A stretch of 64,000 bases of DNA. It comes from Leptogorgia sarmentosa (Eukaryota). Location: contig OZ210885.1 in the NCBI GenBank assembly GCA_964658305.1, positions 13,082,001 to 13,146,000 on the forward strand, in the 5' to 3' direction. A model generated the notes under the pieces. It saw only the letters and a program-made list of their open reading frames with translations, made no database searches and had not been told where the DNA came from. The translations under genes were made by a program, and so were the position numbers. This document shows, in pieces, positions 1 to 14,684 of the stretch. How positions within the stretch are numbered: position 1 is the stretch's first letter; every line of letters begins with the position of its first letter.

Positions 1-441
1 AAATGTTTTAAAATGCGAAAAATATGACCCTGTAAAGTTTTAAATTTTGTATATTTTAGTATTACCCATGCATTTATATCCTTATCGAGAAAAGTCTATG
101 AATTTTGCGTGCCTAATACTAAAATGAAAAAATTGGCAAAATTGCGTTAAACATTCCCGACTTTTGAATGATTGAAGTTTTGAACACAAATGTCCAACTG
201 GAATTAGTACGATTTACGAAGTCTAATTCATGTGAAAATTTCGATTGATCGTATTGAGAATCGCATTGAATTGTATATATGGTAATATATGAATAAAATT
301 GGATAATAATAATAATAAATGAATAATAAGATAAATTCTTTCAACACATGGGGGTTTTCTTACCGGAGATAAAAAATGATCTGCGCGAAACATATTTAAA
401 GGCATGATGAAATTCCGGCAATAATGCTAATGATACAGTAC

Positions 442-1027
442 CTGTTTTATTCCAGAAATCTAGTTCATCACAAATTATTTTTTCGTCAGCTATTGGTAAA
501 TTTAATATTTTGACCAAAGATTCCATTCCTTGAAACGAGGCATTGAACATATGTACTGTCCATTCAGAGATGTTACAATGAGCCCATGGGTTTCTGATGT
601 CCGACCGAACTTTGTTTGCTTCAGCTGCAGCACCAGATGATACAAAAGGGTCTGCCTTGCCGATAATAGTCAAAAGTGCTGACATATCCATGGTTTTATC
701 AAATCCAGTGAAATGTGCCATAAAGTCCGTGACGAATAGTTTCGCCAAAGAGACAGGATCTTTAACAGCATAATCATAAGCTGATTTAGTAGGCTTGTGG
801 ATAATGTTATTGTTAATGTTTTGATATTGTAGGTTATGGGTGGAAGGGGGTAATTTCTTCCTTCTGTATGCTGCGAAATCTTGCTTGTGAATTTCATCAG
901 GTGGTTGGCATAAAGAATGATACCATTTCCCAAGTTCAGTGGCGACAACTTTCCTCAATGCAGGTGCAAGAACTTTGGTAAAGGCAATGCCAACTAAAAC
1001 CCAATGTTGTTCTTCCTCTGATATCAT
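442..1027 (-). CDS. First coding exon of a paralogous gene: DZIP3-like HEPN domain (remaining exons lie left of the window)
   Basis: ORF 341..1027 aligns along its length with ORF 17857..18549 (AYDYAVKD..SLAKLFV..FMA.FTGFD.TMD.SALLTI). Rx4H motif RNPWAH at 578..595. Splice donor after KTG (AAAACAG|gtactg, exon end 442, phase 1) is at the same position as in the + paralog. A polypyrimidine/AG acceptor lies 7 nt before the ATG (ttacttcatag|aacgataATG). Confidence 0.8.
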
Positions 1028-2119
1028 TATCGTTCTATGAAGTAAACATAAAATAATGGTGTTACAATTTTAGCTACTAAAGCACAAAGCTTTTCTAAAC
1101 AGTACAGACATAATTACTTTTTGACATTTTAATGTTTTACAAATATGTGAAAGTAGAAGTTTCTTTGAAAATACTGGAACGTATGTCCTTTGAAAATACT
1201 GTATGAGTAACCCAGTTTTGAACAATCAGACAAGCAAGATTTATTCAATTTGTAAGGCGAGTGGAAAGTATTGACCACTCAACGCTGTCTGCAAATATTC
1301 GGCTTCGTGGCCTCGCAGTTGTTCAGTATTTCGAGCATATTATGGATAGTTGTAAACTGACGACGATCAAATATATTTCTTTCGTTATTTTTATCATTCA
1401 AGCTGTGCCACTCTAAATAATATAATAATCGCTTTAAAGTCACTTAGATCATAGACAAATCAGTGGCGTAACCGAGGGGTGTCAGGGTGTCCAGTGACAG
1501 GGGGCCCCCGAACTTTAGGGCCCCCCAACAAAATGAACATAAAAAATTGATAGCACATTTCTGGGGAATTCAAATACGAAAAACAGACAGATAGGTAGGT
1601 GCGGGTGGAGTTGCCTATTAATTGGGACTTATGGTGTATCCTTTACCTGTTCTTTGGAAGAGAGAAGCGAAATTCATTAAATTCAAATTCGGGTTCGAGT
1701 CTATTCTGTAACAAAGTGAGGTTTGTCGTTGTGACAATCGTCTATGCTCAGATTTAAGTAAGACATTGTATTTTTTACACATAATGTCCATCCGGAAATA
1801 TGCATATGTATATCTATACATAGCCTACAGATACAGGGAATAATGAATTTATTAATAAACGTCGCACCTTCGCAACTACAGTGCGGCGGTTAATCGAGGA
1901 TAAAAGAGAGCTCACGCAGGGACGTTTTTAACAACACGGTTGTCAAGGTGACGATGATGTGACGGAAATTGATATTCTATTCTGAACAGTTTTTGTTCAT
2001 TCGTTAGGTTTTTGGGCAATAAAAATTACGAGCATTTACGGTACTTCCATGCTATCAGTCAAATATTCTTAATATTGCAATAATTAAAAATGAAAGTTTT
2101 ATGTTATGAGATGTATCCA

Positions 2120-5100
2120 TCACCTTTTACTGATAGAAATGTTGCTGAAGATATAATATAGTTTTTAATGAAATTTGTAAACAAAATTGCGCGAGGGTAC
2201 ACACTACCAGTATTGAAGTTTGCTTTCCTATGAATTTAAAGGCCTCGTCGAAATCCAATCATAATTAAGAGCAGGAAATTTGCGATACAGACTGTAAGTT
2301 GTCAATTACAATGCAATTAAGGTCCATCTGCGTGTTGTTTGGCTCTCTGGTCATTGCATGTTCAAGTCTGAATAAGCTCAGTTCAATTTAGGATTTTCAG
2401 TAAATCGTGCCACGTAGCGCTGTATGTCTAATGCATGACATGCCAATGACTGAACATTCGCCGGAGTCATACGTCTCCATGATATAATAACCCCAAGAAT
2501 ACACTGCAGATAGTCATGAAAAGCTTTTTATAGCATTCAATAAATATAATTAATGATTCATGATCCCGACCTTTTCGGATCAAAACGTTTGAAATGATAT
2601 CTAGTGTTAGGAGTATCTTGTCTGAACTGAAAATTGAAGTCTACAACACCACAACTTACAAACAAACGCTTTTGCATGACGAATTGCTTAGATAAACTAA
2701 GTGGTGTGCATAGGCGTACGAGGCGGGGGGGGGGGGCAAAATGGACTATTTTTGGGCAATATATATAGGTTTTTTGGGCAATATATTTAAATATTCCGGT
2801 TTTTCGAGCAATATGTTTAAAAAAAGGTAATATAACCAAATCTTTCATGGGATAACTGGTGTTTCTACACGTGCAAATCGGAAAAAAATTGGCGAGCGGG
2901 GGGGGGAATGATTTTACATGATTTTACATTTTCCATTCACGCGTCTGAAAAATTTTTCGGGCAATTTGTTCAGCCCCCCCAAATAATTTGGTCCCGTACG
3001 CCTATGGTCGTGTGTGAGGAGTAAGAGAGACATACTCCAAAGGCACGTTTATTTGGCATTTTGTTGCAGACGCATGATATCGTACTTTGAAAGGAAATTT
3101 GCAATGTGACATTTTATAACGTTACTCTGCAAACTGGAAACAATTTCGAAACATTTTCGTAGAGTCACCGAGTGTTAAAATGACTTTTGAAAGAAAAAGC
3201 GATTCTGTATTCATTTTGTGTCACATAACTCAACGCCGTCATATCTCGCGAACGTTCGAGCAATTCTGTTTGCGGGTTTCACTTGAATGGTGCTGGGTCG
3301 AAGAACAATATAACTGACATAACTCAGCAAGACACTCATATGTGACATTTTACGTGGGAACAGAAAGCCGCAATGATTAGATTAGGGTCAGCAATAAAGA
3401 TTATAAATATAACTGATAGCACAATTTACATGGTTTTTTTCGGCGCTCATTTCAGGCTAAAGTTTATGCAAATTTGGGTAAATCTTTTAAAATACAATAT
3501 GAAACTGCACTACGGTCGTTGTGAAACATTCAAGATCGTTAAGGTCACAAAGACATTGCATGTCAACATGCGTTTGCATGTAGCGGAATATTTTATATAT
3601 GTTTCAACTCTGATTCCAATGAAGCAATGAATTACTTGCTTTCTATGGTGACAGTTGATCAATACTAAAACAATACGCAGATTCGACTTTTGGGACAAAG
3701 GCTCTTAGTTGAACTTTTGCTAAGATACAATCCTTGGTGAGTGGATTTTCCGGTGCTCTTGATGCTATTATTCGTCAGACTATACCTAAATTAAACGATG
3801 AACTCCGACAAAAGGCGTTCGCTCCAAATATTGAAGCTTATTAATTGCATCGTTTAGGTAGTGAGCAATTGCAAAACCCTTTCTGGAGTTTGCTGTTGTG
3901 ATCCGCTTCCCGCACTGGCGCGTCGCGTATTGAATATTTACTTACACACTACTCGGTAAAATAATTCAGTGACAATAAATTTGATGAATTCTACTCACCA
4001 CAAGACATTCTGTGTATAAACTACATGAAGCTGAAGCAAGTTGCTGTTTAAGCTCCGGGAATATTGTTGCAAAGTGCAAAGTAATGCATGTTGGGTTTCA
4101 TGCAACAAAACAGTACATTGAAATGATTTCTGTCACAATAATAAGACGTCTGAACGACCAATACAAGCTTACCCTATGAAGGAAAATATCAAAATGTTTT
4201 TCGCCTGACATGAGTTCGTAGCTTTACACCAGGGCACAATGCAACTCAACTTATTTTTAATCCGTCATGAATTTAAAATCATTCGGTTTTATTTTCCCTC
4301 TTCTTAGGAAATATAATTATCATATGAATGGAAAATTAAAGACAGTTCGTATATTAAATTTCGCAAAGATTTTGGCAGTTAAACACCCATCACAATGTAG
4401 TAGATGTTACCGTGATTTTCAAACATAAGTCATGTGGGAAAGAGTTGGGTAGATATACACGTGACAATTTTAAAACTAAAGCACATATATCTTACATTCC
4501 TTTAAACAACCCCATAGTTCGCTTACTTGCATGCTGTCAGTCAATTTAATCTCAGTCTTTGTTTTATGTTAGACGCAATCTATCTACTTTTACCGATACT
4601 GAAATGTTGCCAATCATATACTATAGTTTTTTTATGAAACTTGTAAACAAACTTGCGTGAGGCAAACACTGCTAGTATTGAAGTTTGCTTTCCTTAGTTT
4701 GCTTTGAAGACTTCGTCACAACCTAATTAGTCAAGAACAGTAAATTTTCTAACAGCGCTACAGACTGAGCGTTGCTAAGTTGCAGTTATATCGCTGAAAA
4801 CCTGAGAGCAATAAAGGTCCACCTGTTGTTTGGTCCCTGGTTATTGCATGCTCAAGTCTGTATTGAATAAGCCCGAAGTGAGGATGGAGGCTGCTTTGTT
4901 TGGCAATGCTCAATTCAATTTAGGATTTTCAACAAATCGTGCTAAGTAGCGCTGTATGCATGACATGTCAGCGATTGAACACGCATCAGTCACATGTATG
5001 TTCACCATGGTATAACCACCCAAGAATCAGTACAGATAGTAATGAAAAGCTTTAAAGCATTTAATAAATAATGATTTATGACCCCAGCTTTTATTAAAAG

Positions 5101-5630
5101 ATCCAAATCTTTTCTAGTTTTATCAGTATCTTGTCTGAATAAATCAAGTTTAATTTACAAACATGTACAAGCGCTCTTGCATGACAAATATCTTAGATAA
5201 ACTAAGTGGTGATATGAGGAGTTTATGTGCAATACAAGGCTCACAAGATCACAGATAATTAAAAGTAAGAGCGACATAGAACACCCTCACATAACCTGAA
5301 ACGATATTACACGAATGGTAGAAGCGTAAAGGCATGTTTGTTTGTCATTGTGTTGCAACGTCATCAGATGGATATTGTGCTTTGAAAAGAAATTTGTTAT
5401 ATGGGATTTTGTAACGTTGTTGTGCCAACTGGAAATAGTTTCAAAACTTTTATTATAGTACTCACCAAATGTTAAATTCGCAAAGATGTTAAAAGGACAA
5501 AAGCTTCTGTATTAAACTTCTACGACGTAAATAAATGTCGTCACATATTGAGAACGTTCCAGCTTTTGTGTTTGTGGGTTTCACTTGAATGGTGCTGGGT
5601 CGCAGAATAATATAAGTCATATGTCACGAG
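2120..5630. repeat. Two diverged direct copies (~2120-3330 and ~4585-5630) of a ~1-kb non-coding segment
   Basis: Shared blocks such as cagtattgaagtttgctttcct, ttagataaactaagtggtg and gggtttcacttgaatggtgctgggtcg (about 3274 and 5576). Confidence 0.8.
2709..3006. mobile_element. hAT-type MITE (TIR cataggcgtacg)
   Basis: TIRs cataggcgtacg / cgtacgcctatg. 8-bp TSD gtggtgtg / gtcgtgtg. The paralogous copy near 5205 shows the empty site. Confidence 0.8.
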
Positions 5631-7430
5631 TTGCGTGGGAGCAAGGAGCAGCATGTATTTACCATGCATCAGACATTGAATATGAGTGCGAATTAAAATC
5701 GACTCAGACTTGTATAGGGTGCCGGTTCCAAAAAAGTTTTCTTTATAGAAATCACTCTTTTGTTGTTAATCTCGGGTTATAAATTCACTATAAGTTTAAA
5801 TTCACTTCTGACGAACAGCATACTAAATTCGTTTTCTCTAGCCACATTTGCATCAACAAGCTTTATTTGGCAGGTTCCACTTTAACAATTTTTTCCTTCA
5901 TTTATAGTTTTTAATGGACGTGAAACCGCAGAGACCTGTCCAAAGTTATACAACAAAGGTTGAATACAGACATAAAGAGCAGACCATCATGTGTTTGGTA
6001 AAGCTGCAATAACAACTCAACTGATCATACGTCAGGTATGGCGTAGCGTTCGCAGTAATTGCAACTGTCATTCATTAGAAACCTATCACAAAGTCATGGC
6101 TAGGTGCTCTATATAGAATTGTCAGGTTAAAAATAAAATTGTAATCAGCAGGAACCAAACCCGAGTTATTGTGGTAAATATCAAGTGAAGCAATAATAAT
6201 TTTAATACACATTAATACACAGGCAGAAAGCTAAAAACATCATACACTACAGTCATGCTTTGTAGCGGGAAATTCTACCTTTTTACACGTCTCTGCGACG
6301 CAATGATTGCAATTTTCAGGGCACCAGATTAACTTGTACATTTAATATATTTAATAGGGAGCTAGGGCAATCTTTCTGGTCTTAAAGTGCCCAGTTTAAT
6401 TTGCATGCACATGTACCAAAATTAACAAAAACGTCAACAATATATGTCTACAGGTTTGACAGGTCAAAAGGAAGTGGCGAAAGGAAAACAATTAAAATAT
6501 TCCACAGAAACAAAACACTTCATTTATAAAAACTCTTTGATATCAATCACACTGATTAATAAAGCAACTTTGTTATTTCACGCAGTTCGGTGCCAGCGAC
6601 ATAATTATTTGTTATTGATTCATTTGAGAGAGTATATAAAATCGGCAGGATTATCGCACAACGTTTGTATTTTTAACAATATATAACATAATCGATATAA
6701 TTGAAAAGATTGGGCTACATGTGATTTGGGATACAACGATAAAGAAAGAGATTTAAAAGGTAATCTTCAAGCTAACATTATATATGCAGTTAGATTTGCA
6801 AATCTGAGAGATCATCTGACCATGTCGGTATAATATCTATAATATTCGAACATTAATTGGCTTATAAGCTATTATTTGTGTGATTCTATTTATTTGGTGA
6901 GTTTGCCATTTTGCAAGAATAATAATAAATGACAAAGATTTGTCATTCGCTTTGCAATTTTAGGCTTTAAGGTCTATTTTCCGCGTCGCACACTGTAAAT
7001 GAGCATTCATTGGGTATGGTGCATTTAAGCAGTAATTCATAACTTTCATAAGCTTAAATCAACATATAGTTCTGGTTTCATCCCAATCAGAACCTTTCCA
7101 TAATTTTGATACGTCTACTGCCCAGAAGTCAAAATGTGATTGTTTAAGGTGTGAAAACATAACCATTCGTCGCTTTGTGTCAAAGTATGTCAAAGTATTT
7201 GAATGATGTAATTATTGAATCTGACGAAATGAACACATAATATTATTACAACGAGAAATTTGGCCGTGGGGCTTCATTTCTCATTTCATGTGGGGCTTCA
7301 TTTTTCATTTCAAAGTAGATGTTGATTTGGTGACCATGATTGTGGCAGCATTGTAACAAGAGAGGATAACTACAGGCTATGTGTGAAACAAGGAACGGGG
7401 AACCGGGAAAGGGGATCGTAAAGGGAATAC

Positions 7431-7615
7431 ATGAATCTGTAAAAGCCGGAACCTGTAAAACCAGGAACCTGTAAAAGCAGGACCTGTAAAAGACGGAATC
7501 TGTAAAAGATGGAATCTTAAAACAAGGAATCTCTGAAGCCAGGAATCTGTAAAACCAGGAATCTGTAAAACTAGGAATCAGTAAAATCTAGAACCTAAAA
7601 AAACAGGAATCTACT
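7431..7615 (+). repeat. Minisatellite of ~18-19-bp units (ggaatctgtaaaa...)
   Basis: About 10 imperfect units of ggaa(t/c)ctgtaaaa(a/g)nn. Confidence 0.8.
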
Positions 7616-7625
7616 GATAAATGTT

Positions 7626-10600
7626 CAGTTCAGAATTGCTCGGAAGATTCCAGTATATGAAGCCACAATCGCGCTCCATGGCTTGTGCCGACCTACGTAT
7701 ATCTGTAGGGGGTAACTAATGAAATTGCGGGGCAAAAACCTCACTGCATGATACATGGTATGCTATTATTCACGATCACTCAATCACACCGGACCAATAT
7801 ATTTTGTTATTGCAAAGCAAATTATATATTTAAATTATCACGGAACCCTGTGATCTTCAGACAGTTTGATGCTAGTGAGATATATTTATGTCTCTATCTT
7901 GATCGAGTATAAACCGAAGTATTAACACGGACTGTTCCTTGATATTAAAGCTCTTTTGGTTTAGATTAACGGAATTGAAGAAGGCGATTTAAAAGGTAAA
8001 ATATTCGTAATTGGAATATGACAATATCATAATATGATAATGTCTGTATGTTATTAAATATCGATGTACATGCAGTCTTATTTGTATATATACAATTTGT
8101 GATCCGAGTTTGTAAGATCTTCACTTTTTAAAGAGTATATTTATAAATTAGTTGCCCAATTCAAAGTTTTCATATCCTTTGATTCACAGTGATTTAGCTT
8201 CAGCTATACCGCACACTGTGAACATTTTACAAATACGTAGGCATGCTTGGAAAATGCTGTACTAAAGAAATACTCCATAATTTTTCTCAATCATTTTCGA
8301 ATTCACATTTCAATATAACTGTGGTAAATGTTCCGGTTTAAATCTGATTAGAACCTGTTCCTAATTCCGATCTAACTGATGCAATAAAAATGGAATTTGA
8401 GGATGCGGGAAAAAAATGACAACTCCCTTTATGTTTTGCAATCATGGAAGTATTTCAAAAATGTGATCATTATATAAATTGAATGTTGAGGCGTAACACA
8501 ATTTTAGTGTATTTTGAATTTTATTTGCCCACAAAGTGATAAAAATGCAAAATTATTTACATTATTTACAAAGTAATAAAGGGATAGGGCCTTTGGAAAT
8601 CCTATTGGACTTTTAGGTAAGGCCATATGACATGGGATATAATAAGTAGCTATCGTAATTGCTAAAACAAATATATAACAGCGTACGTATAATATATTAG
8701 AACTATATACATGAAGTAGTGAAAAGATACAATAAAAGGCGATGTAAGTTGTCATTACAATAATATATTTACAGTATAAATTACGTGTAGATAGTAAGTA
8801 TTGTAGTTTCATGCATGTATTAATAATTCAATCTGAACTATGAATGCTACACAATTGTGATCAGAAGTAGCTAGTTAACAAAGGCGTTTATCCCAAATTA
8901 CATTTAAATTTAAATCAGCAAATGTTTCAAGACATTAGCATATTAATGTTGTCAATAATTGAACCTAAATTTAATCAATTAAATGTGTGTTGTTCTACAG
9001 CGCCATTGATCCAGAATAACAAGATCTAAGATTCATGCAGCACAGTGTGTTAGCTATGTGTATAAGCTCTACTTTCGCTCTACGGCTGTATGGCCATATC
9101 CATGTTTCATATGGAAATGTAGTTTTAATTACCGATGGTCCCTTCATAGTCGAATTCAACAAGTCACAAATTTAGTTCGGCACGGCAGAAGCGCAATGTT
9201 GAATTCATTATTAATTGCTTAAACCAAAAGTAGCTACAAATTATGAATTTATTGGCCTATTCAAAATTAGCATACAACTTGTGTGTTGGGTTTGGTATAC
9301 AAAATCAATGCTGCATGTGAATTTTGGGTTTCAATGAAATTGTTGTGTCTTGCAGACGACAGTATAACATCTCCCTATTACATTTGACTGTATTTTGTTG
9401 TTTGCAAGCCATTTGAAAGGTAAATCAATTCATGTATATCAATTGTTATTGCAAGTTAAAACATCATGGATCTGGCAATACCCGCAATATATCTTGCTCT
9501 GGTTACAAAAGAGTATTTATTGAGGCAACAAGATTTTTTGTTACAGCGCGCGTGCACACAGAGTTTTTTCTAATATATGCTTATAAACAAGGTTTACATT
9601 GATCAATTTTTGGTGTAAAAATACTGAAAAAAACTGATCAAATGGGATACTTCCAAACCTTCCAATCAATGATAAATGTTACATGATTTGAATTGAGGGC
9701 CCAGAGGGGGGATTTGATCATTTCAGGCCGCATGGCTAAAAATTCTGGTGTTAAGCGAATAGTAAGACAAGATAAATATCCAGTTCAGAATTGCTCGGAA
9801 AATTCCAGTATATGAAGCCACAATCGCACTCCATGGCTTGTGCCGACCTACGTATATCTGTACGCGGTATCTAAAGAAATTGCGGGGTAAAAAACTCACT
9901 GCATGATACATGGTATGCTATTATTCACTCAATCATACCGGAACAATATTGTTGTTGCACAGCAAATTATATATTTAAATTATCACAGAACTCTGTGAAC
10001 ATCAGACAGTTTGATGCCAGTGAGATATATTTTTGTCTCTATGTTGACCGAGTATAAAATCGAAGTATTAACACGGATTGTTCCTTGATATTAAAGCTCT
10101 TTTGGTTTAGATTAACTGAATTGAAGCAAGCGATTTAAAAGGTAAAATATTCGTAATTGAAAATATGTAAAGTCTGTATGTTATTAAATATCGATGTACA
10201 TGCAGTCTTTATTTGTATCGATACATTTTGTGATCCGAGTTTGTAAGATCTTCACTTTTTAAAGACAATGTAATTATAAATTAGTCGCGCAATTCAAAGT
10301 TTTCATATCCTTTCACAGTGATTTAGCTTCAGCTATACCGCACACTGTGAGCATTTTGCAAATACGTAGACATGCTTGGAAAATGCTGTATTAAAGAAAT
10401 ACTCCATAATTTTTCTCAATCATATTTCAATATATGGTAAATGTTCAATGGTAAATGTTCTGGTTTAAATCTGATCAGAACATGTTCCTAATTCCGATCT
10501 AACTGATGCCACAAAAATGGAGTTTGAAGAGGCGGGAAAAAATGACAACTCCCTTTGTGTTTTGCTATCATGGAAGTATTTTAAAAATGTGATTATTTGA

Positions 10601-11260
10601 TTAATTCAATGTAGAAGCGTAATACAATTTTAGTGTATTTGAAGTTTGAAGTTTTATTTGCCCACAAAACGATAAAAATACAAAATGGTTTACATTATTT
10701 ACAAAGGAATAACGGGCTAGGGACCTTTGGAATTCCTATTGGACTTTTAGGTAAGGTGCCTAGGTATCACGAGAATCATTTATAGCTATATGATATGGGA
10801 TATGATAAGTATCGTAATTGCTAAAACAAATATATTAGAACTATTTACATGAAGTAGTGAAAAGATACAATCAAATAGTGAAATATAAAAGGCAATGTAA
10901 GTTGTCATTACAATAATATATTTACAGTATTCATTACGTGTAGATAGTATGAATGCTACTAATTGTGATCAGAAGTAGCTAATTACAAAGCCATTTCTCC
11001 CAAATTACACATAAATTGAAATAACTCAAATAAGCAAATTTTCAAGACATTCCCATGTTAATGTTGTCAAATGTCAATTATTGAACCTAAATTTAATCAA
11101 TTAAATGTGTGTTGTTCTACAGCGCCAAATCAATTCATGCATATCAGATTTGGTATTGCAAATTGAAACATCATGCATATGGCCGTACCCGCAATATATC
11201 TTGCTCTGGTTTCGAAAGAGTATTTATTGAGGCGACAAGGTTTCTTACTCACAGAGTTTT
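7626..11260. repeat. Diverged tandem duplication (~7626-9570 vs ~9782-11260)
   Basis: cagttcagaattgctcggaa..tgaagccacaatcgc occurs at 7626 and 9782, with colinear similarity over about 1.4 kb and indels. Confidence 0.85.
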
Positions 11261-12894
11261 TTCAAGAGCATTCTTTGAATTGTGTGATATAATTATCCAA
11301 GCAATGCATGGTGCGTCATCTTTGTGATCATATTTCAGCATAGTCGTGGTTGTCGTTTCAACCTAATCAGAACCTCTCCCTAGTCCTAACCCTAGCTAAC
11401 CCAAGCTCTAACCCTATCCTGTTCTGTCGGATGCAATAAAAATGAAAATTGTGAAAGGCGAAAGCATAATCAAACGTCGCTTTGTGTCTGGGTATTATTA
11501 TTTGAATGGTGTGATTACTAAATCTGGTGAAATCATTATCAACAAATAATTTACGAAAATAAAAAATATAGCTATAGGTATACTGCGGATTGAAGAGTTT
11601 TTTAACTCGAATGTGAAAGTTCATCCAGGGAAATACCATTTTGGTGAATTTATTGAATTAATTGTTCTGTGGTTTATTACTGTATTCCTTCCATAACTCA
11701 AGCTAAACTGCATCCGAAGAGTACTAAATAAGATCCAACATTCAGCACATTGTCCTATGGATGTGCGACAACATAATTCTATTGCTATTCGTTCGCTCTA
11801 TGCCAATATAATGGGTATATGCATGTTCTATACAAAAGTACATGAACAATGTTAGACTTAATCATATTTGTGTCAAGCTTTTAACGGTAGGGGATTATTA
11901 ATCAACTTGACATAATTAAAATAGTTATAAAAGTGGCGGAAACACAACAAAAGCCTTCCCTGCATGGTGTATTGAAACACTGTTGGTCATTTTAAATCAC
12001 TTAAATCTAGAACAATCTTGTTATTCAAGGTATATTATGTATAGAAAAATAAAGATGATTAATTAGCTTCGTTTCAATAGAATTTTCCTGTCTTGCAGAT
12101 GAGGGAACGAAGCGCAGTATTGTTGTGTGAATTGATGGTTGCATTTTAAAATATCGTCAAGATTCACCAAATTGAATTGAGCGTCGACAAAGTGATTATT
12201 TATCATGTTATTGCTTTAGTTTGTTTTTCAAACTGATAATATCATGTTTTATTCTAAATTTATCATCATTTACATATGTTTGCCGCACTCTGCGAGGACA
12301 TCACAAATATTCAAGTATCAGTTATTTTATATAAAGCAAACGTAGGAGGGGATCTGATAAAACTCAACTGCAAGAGCTTCAAATGGCTTAAAAAGCGAGC
12401 CATGTTTATGAGTTAAATTTTCAGAATTATAACTTCATCTAAACTGAGAAAATTAAAGCTAAGGTGCGTACAAATTAACATAAACGTTTATGACATACTT
12501 ATAATAGTCCCCGATGCTTATTTCGATTCCGTCGACGGTCGGACACCTCCGAGATGGTCGGACACCTCATTGTATTACATGAACAGCAGTAGCATTAGAA
12601 ATAAGAAAAATAATAATGTTTAATTGGCGCATCAGGCAGCTGGAGCAGTCGGTGTAATGGCAAGGGTAACCTTATTTTATGTAAGAATGAGAAAAAGATT
12701 AATAAGATACAGCTTGTACAATAGCTTTGTACATGACATAATATACATTTCGACTTTATTATTATATATATTCTGTGCCGCCTGTCCTGGGAATTTTAGG
12801 AGTGGTACTTCAAGCATGATTCAGTGTCTAGTTTCACTGCAACCTACAGAAAACAGAAGCGTTTGCCCTTTTAACATCATTGCGAATCGGTGAG

Positions 12895-13760
12895 TACTAA
12901 TAAAAGTTTTTGAAACTATTTCCAGTTTGTACAATAAATGCAATATTACGAATTTTTTTTGAAAGCAACAGCATCCATCTTATGACGTTGCAACACAATG
13001 ACAAACAAACATGCCTTTACGCTTCTACCATTCGTGAAATATCGTTTCAGGTTATGTGAGAGTGTTTCGTGTCGCTCTTACTTTTAATTATCTGTGATTT
13101 CGTGAGCTTGGTATTGCACATAAACTCCTCATATCACCAGTTAGAGCGCTTGTTTGTAAATTAAACTTAATTTATTCAGACAAGATACTGATAAAACTAG
13201 ACAGGATTTTGATCTTTTTATAAAAGCTGAGGTCATGAATCATTATTTATTAAATGCTTTAAAGCTTTTCGTTACTATCTGTACTGATTCTTGGGTGGTT
13301 ATATCATGGTGAACATACATTTGACTGGTGCGTGTTCAATCGCTGACATGTCATGCATACAGCGCTATTTGGTACGATTTGTTGAAAATCCTAAATTGAA
13401 TTAAGCATTGCCAAACCAAAGAAGCCTTCATCCTCACTTCGGACTTATTCAATACAGACTTGAGCATGCAATAACCAGGGACCAAACAACAGGTGGAGCT
13501 AGCAACGCTCAGTCTGTAGCGTTGTAACAAAATATGCTGTTCTTGACTAATTAGGTTGCGACGAAGTCTTCAAATTCATACGAAAGCAAACTTCAATACT
13601 AGCAGTGTATACCTCACGCAAGTTTGTTTACAAGTTTCATTAAAAACTATAGGATATGATTGGCAACATTTCAGTCTGTAACAGTTGATACATTCTTTCC
13701 AGCATAAAACATTCACTGTTAATTAATCAATACAAGACTGAGATTAAATCGGCTGATAGC
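12895..13760 (-). repeat. Inverted copy of 4530-5465 (further partial copy at 15063-15380)
   Basis: For example, aaacaaacatgcctttacgcttctaccattcgtg (~13003) is the reverse complement of ~5310-5343. 15063-15380 repeats 13501-13830. Confidence 0.85.
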
Positions 13761-13923
13761 ATGCATGTAAATTGTATTATAGCGGACGTTTTTGCGATTG
13801 TTTATTATGCCTTCGGCCCTCCAGTGTACTACATGCATATTTTTTGTCTAATATTGTGCAATATGGACCGAATGTCCCAAGACAGATAACACATGCAATC
13901 TCAATATCATGCTATAAAAATTA

Positions 13924-14477
13924 CATTACCAGAAATGTCAGACATGTTAGCCTTCACTTTTTGAATAAATTAACTTTACAAGTCAACAATGGTGCCGTGA
14001 AAGCTATTATAATTTACATAACGAAGACGTTCAAAAGTTAGAATTTCTCGCCATATAAGCAAGCATGATGGTTTGCCGCAATCATATTGTGTGGAAAAAT
14101 TATTATTGGATCCCTTGATATTCTATTTATCGCAATACGTCGAGTTTGGTTCCTGCTAATTCCAATTTTATTTTGTCTGTTCATAACCTGCGTAAAGCCA
14201 TACAATTCTATATATGGCCGATAGACTTTATAAAATTTGAATTAGCAGAAATCAAGCACGACGTATTGCGATAAATAGAATATCAAGGGACCCAATAATA
14301 ATTTTTCTACACAATAAGATTGCGGCAAATCATTATGCTTGCTTGTATGGCGAGAAATTCTAACTTTTGAACGTCTTCGCTATGTAAATTATAATAGCTT
14401 TCACGGCACCATTGTTGACTTGTAAAGTTAATTTATTCAAAAAGTGAGGGCGACCATGTCTGAAATTTCTGGTAATG
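13924..14477. repeat. Foldback: ~250-bp inverted arms with ~60-bp loop
   Basis: 13924-14171 is the near-reverse-complement of 14230-14477 (e.g. caacaatggtgccgtgaaagctattataatttacata / tatgtaaattataatagctttcacggcaccattgttg). Confidence 0.9.
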
Positions 14478-14500
14478 GTACACTGAAATAAACCTATAAA

Positions 14501-14670
14501 GGCCCATCCACACGATGTGAATATCTTATACGATTTGTTCTGACTTATGGAAATGAGTGGTTATCTCTCATTACCTGTTGATTACGTTACGACGGCATTT
14601 CATTGTATTCACGCATGTTTGCTGCATGCATTCCAGACGCTATAATACAAATCTTATCGTGTAAATGGCC
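14501..14670. mobile_element. Short Harbinger-like MITE
   Basis: Imperfect TIRs ggcccatccacacgat / atcgtgtaaatggcc. Confidence 0.45.
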
Positions 14671-14684
14671 TTGGCAGAATCTTA

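Noticed and set aside
7431..7615. CRISPR-like array
   Set aside because: The units are contiguous degenerate repeats without unique spacers, the context is eukaryotic, and there are no cas genes.
11378..11416. Interstitial telomere or chromosome fusion site
   Set aside because: Only a few imperfect ctaaccc units, more consistent with a repeat-element tail.
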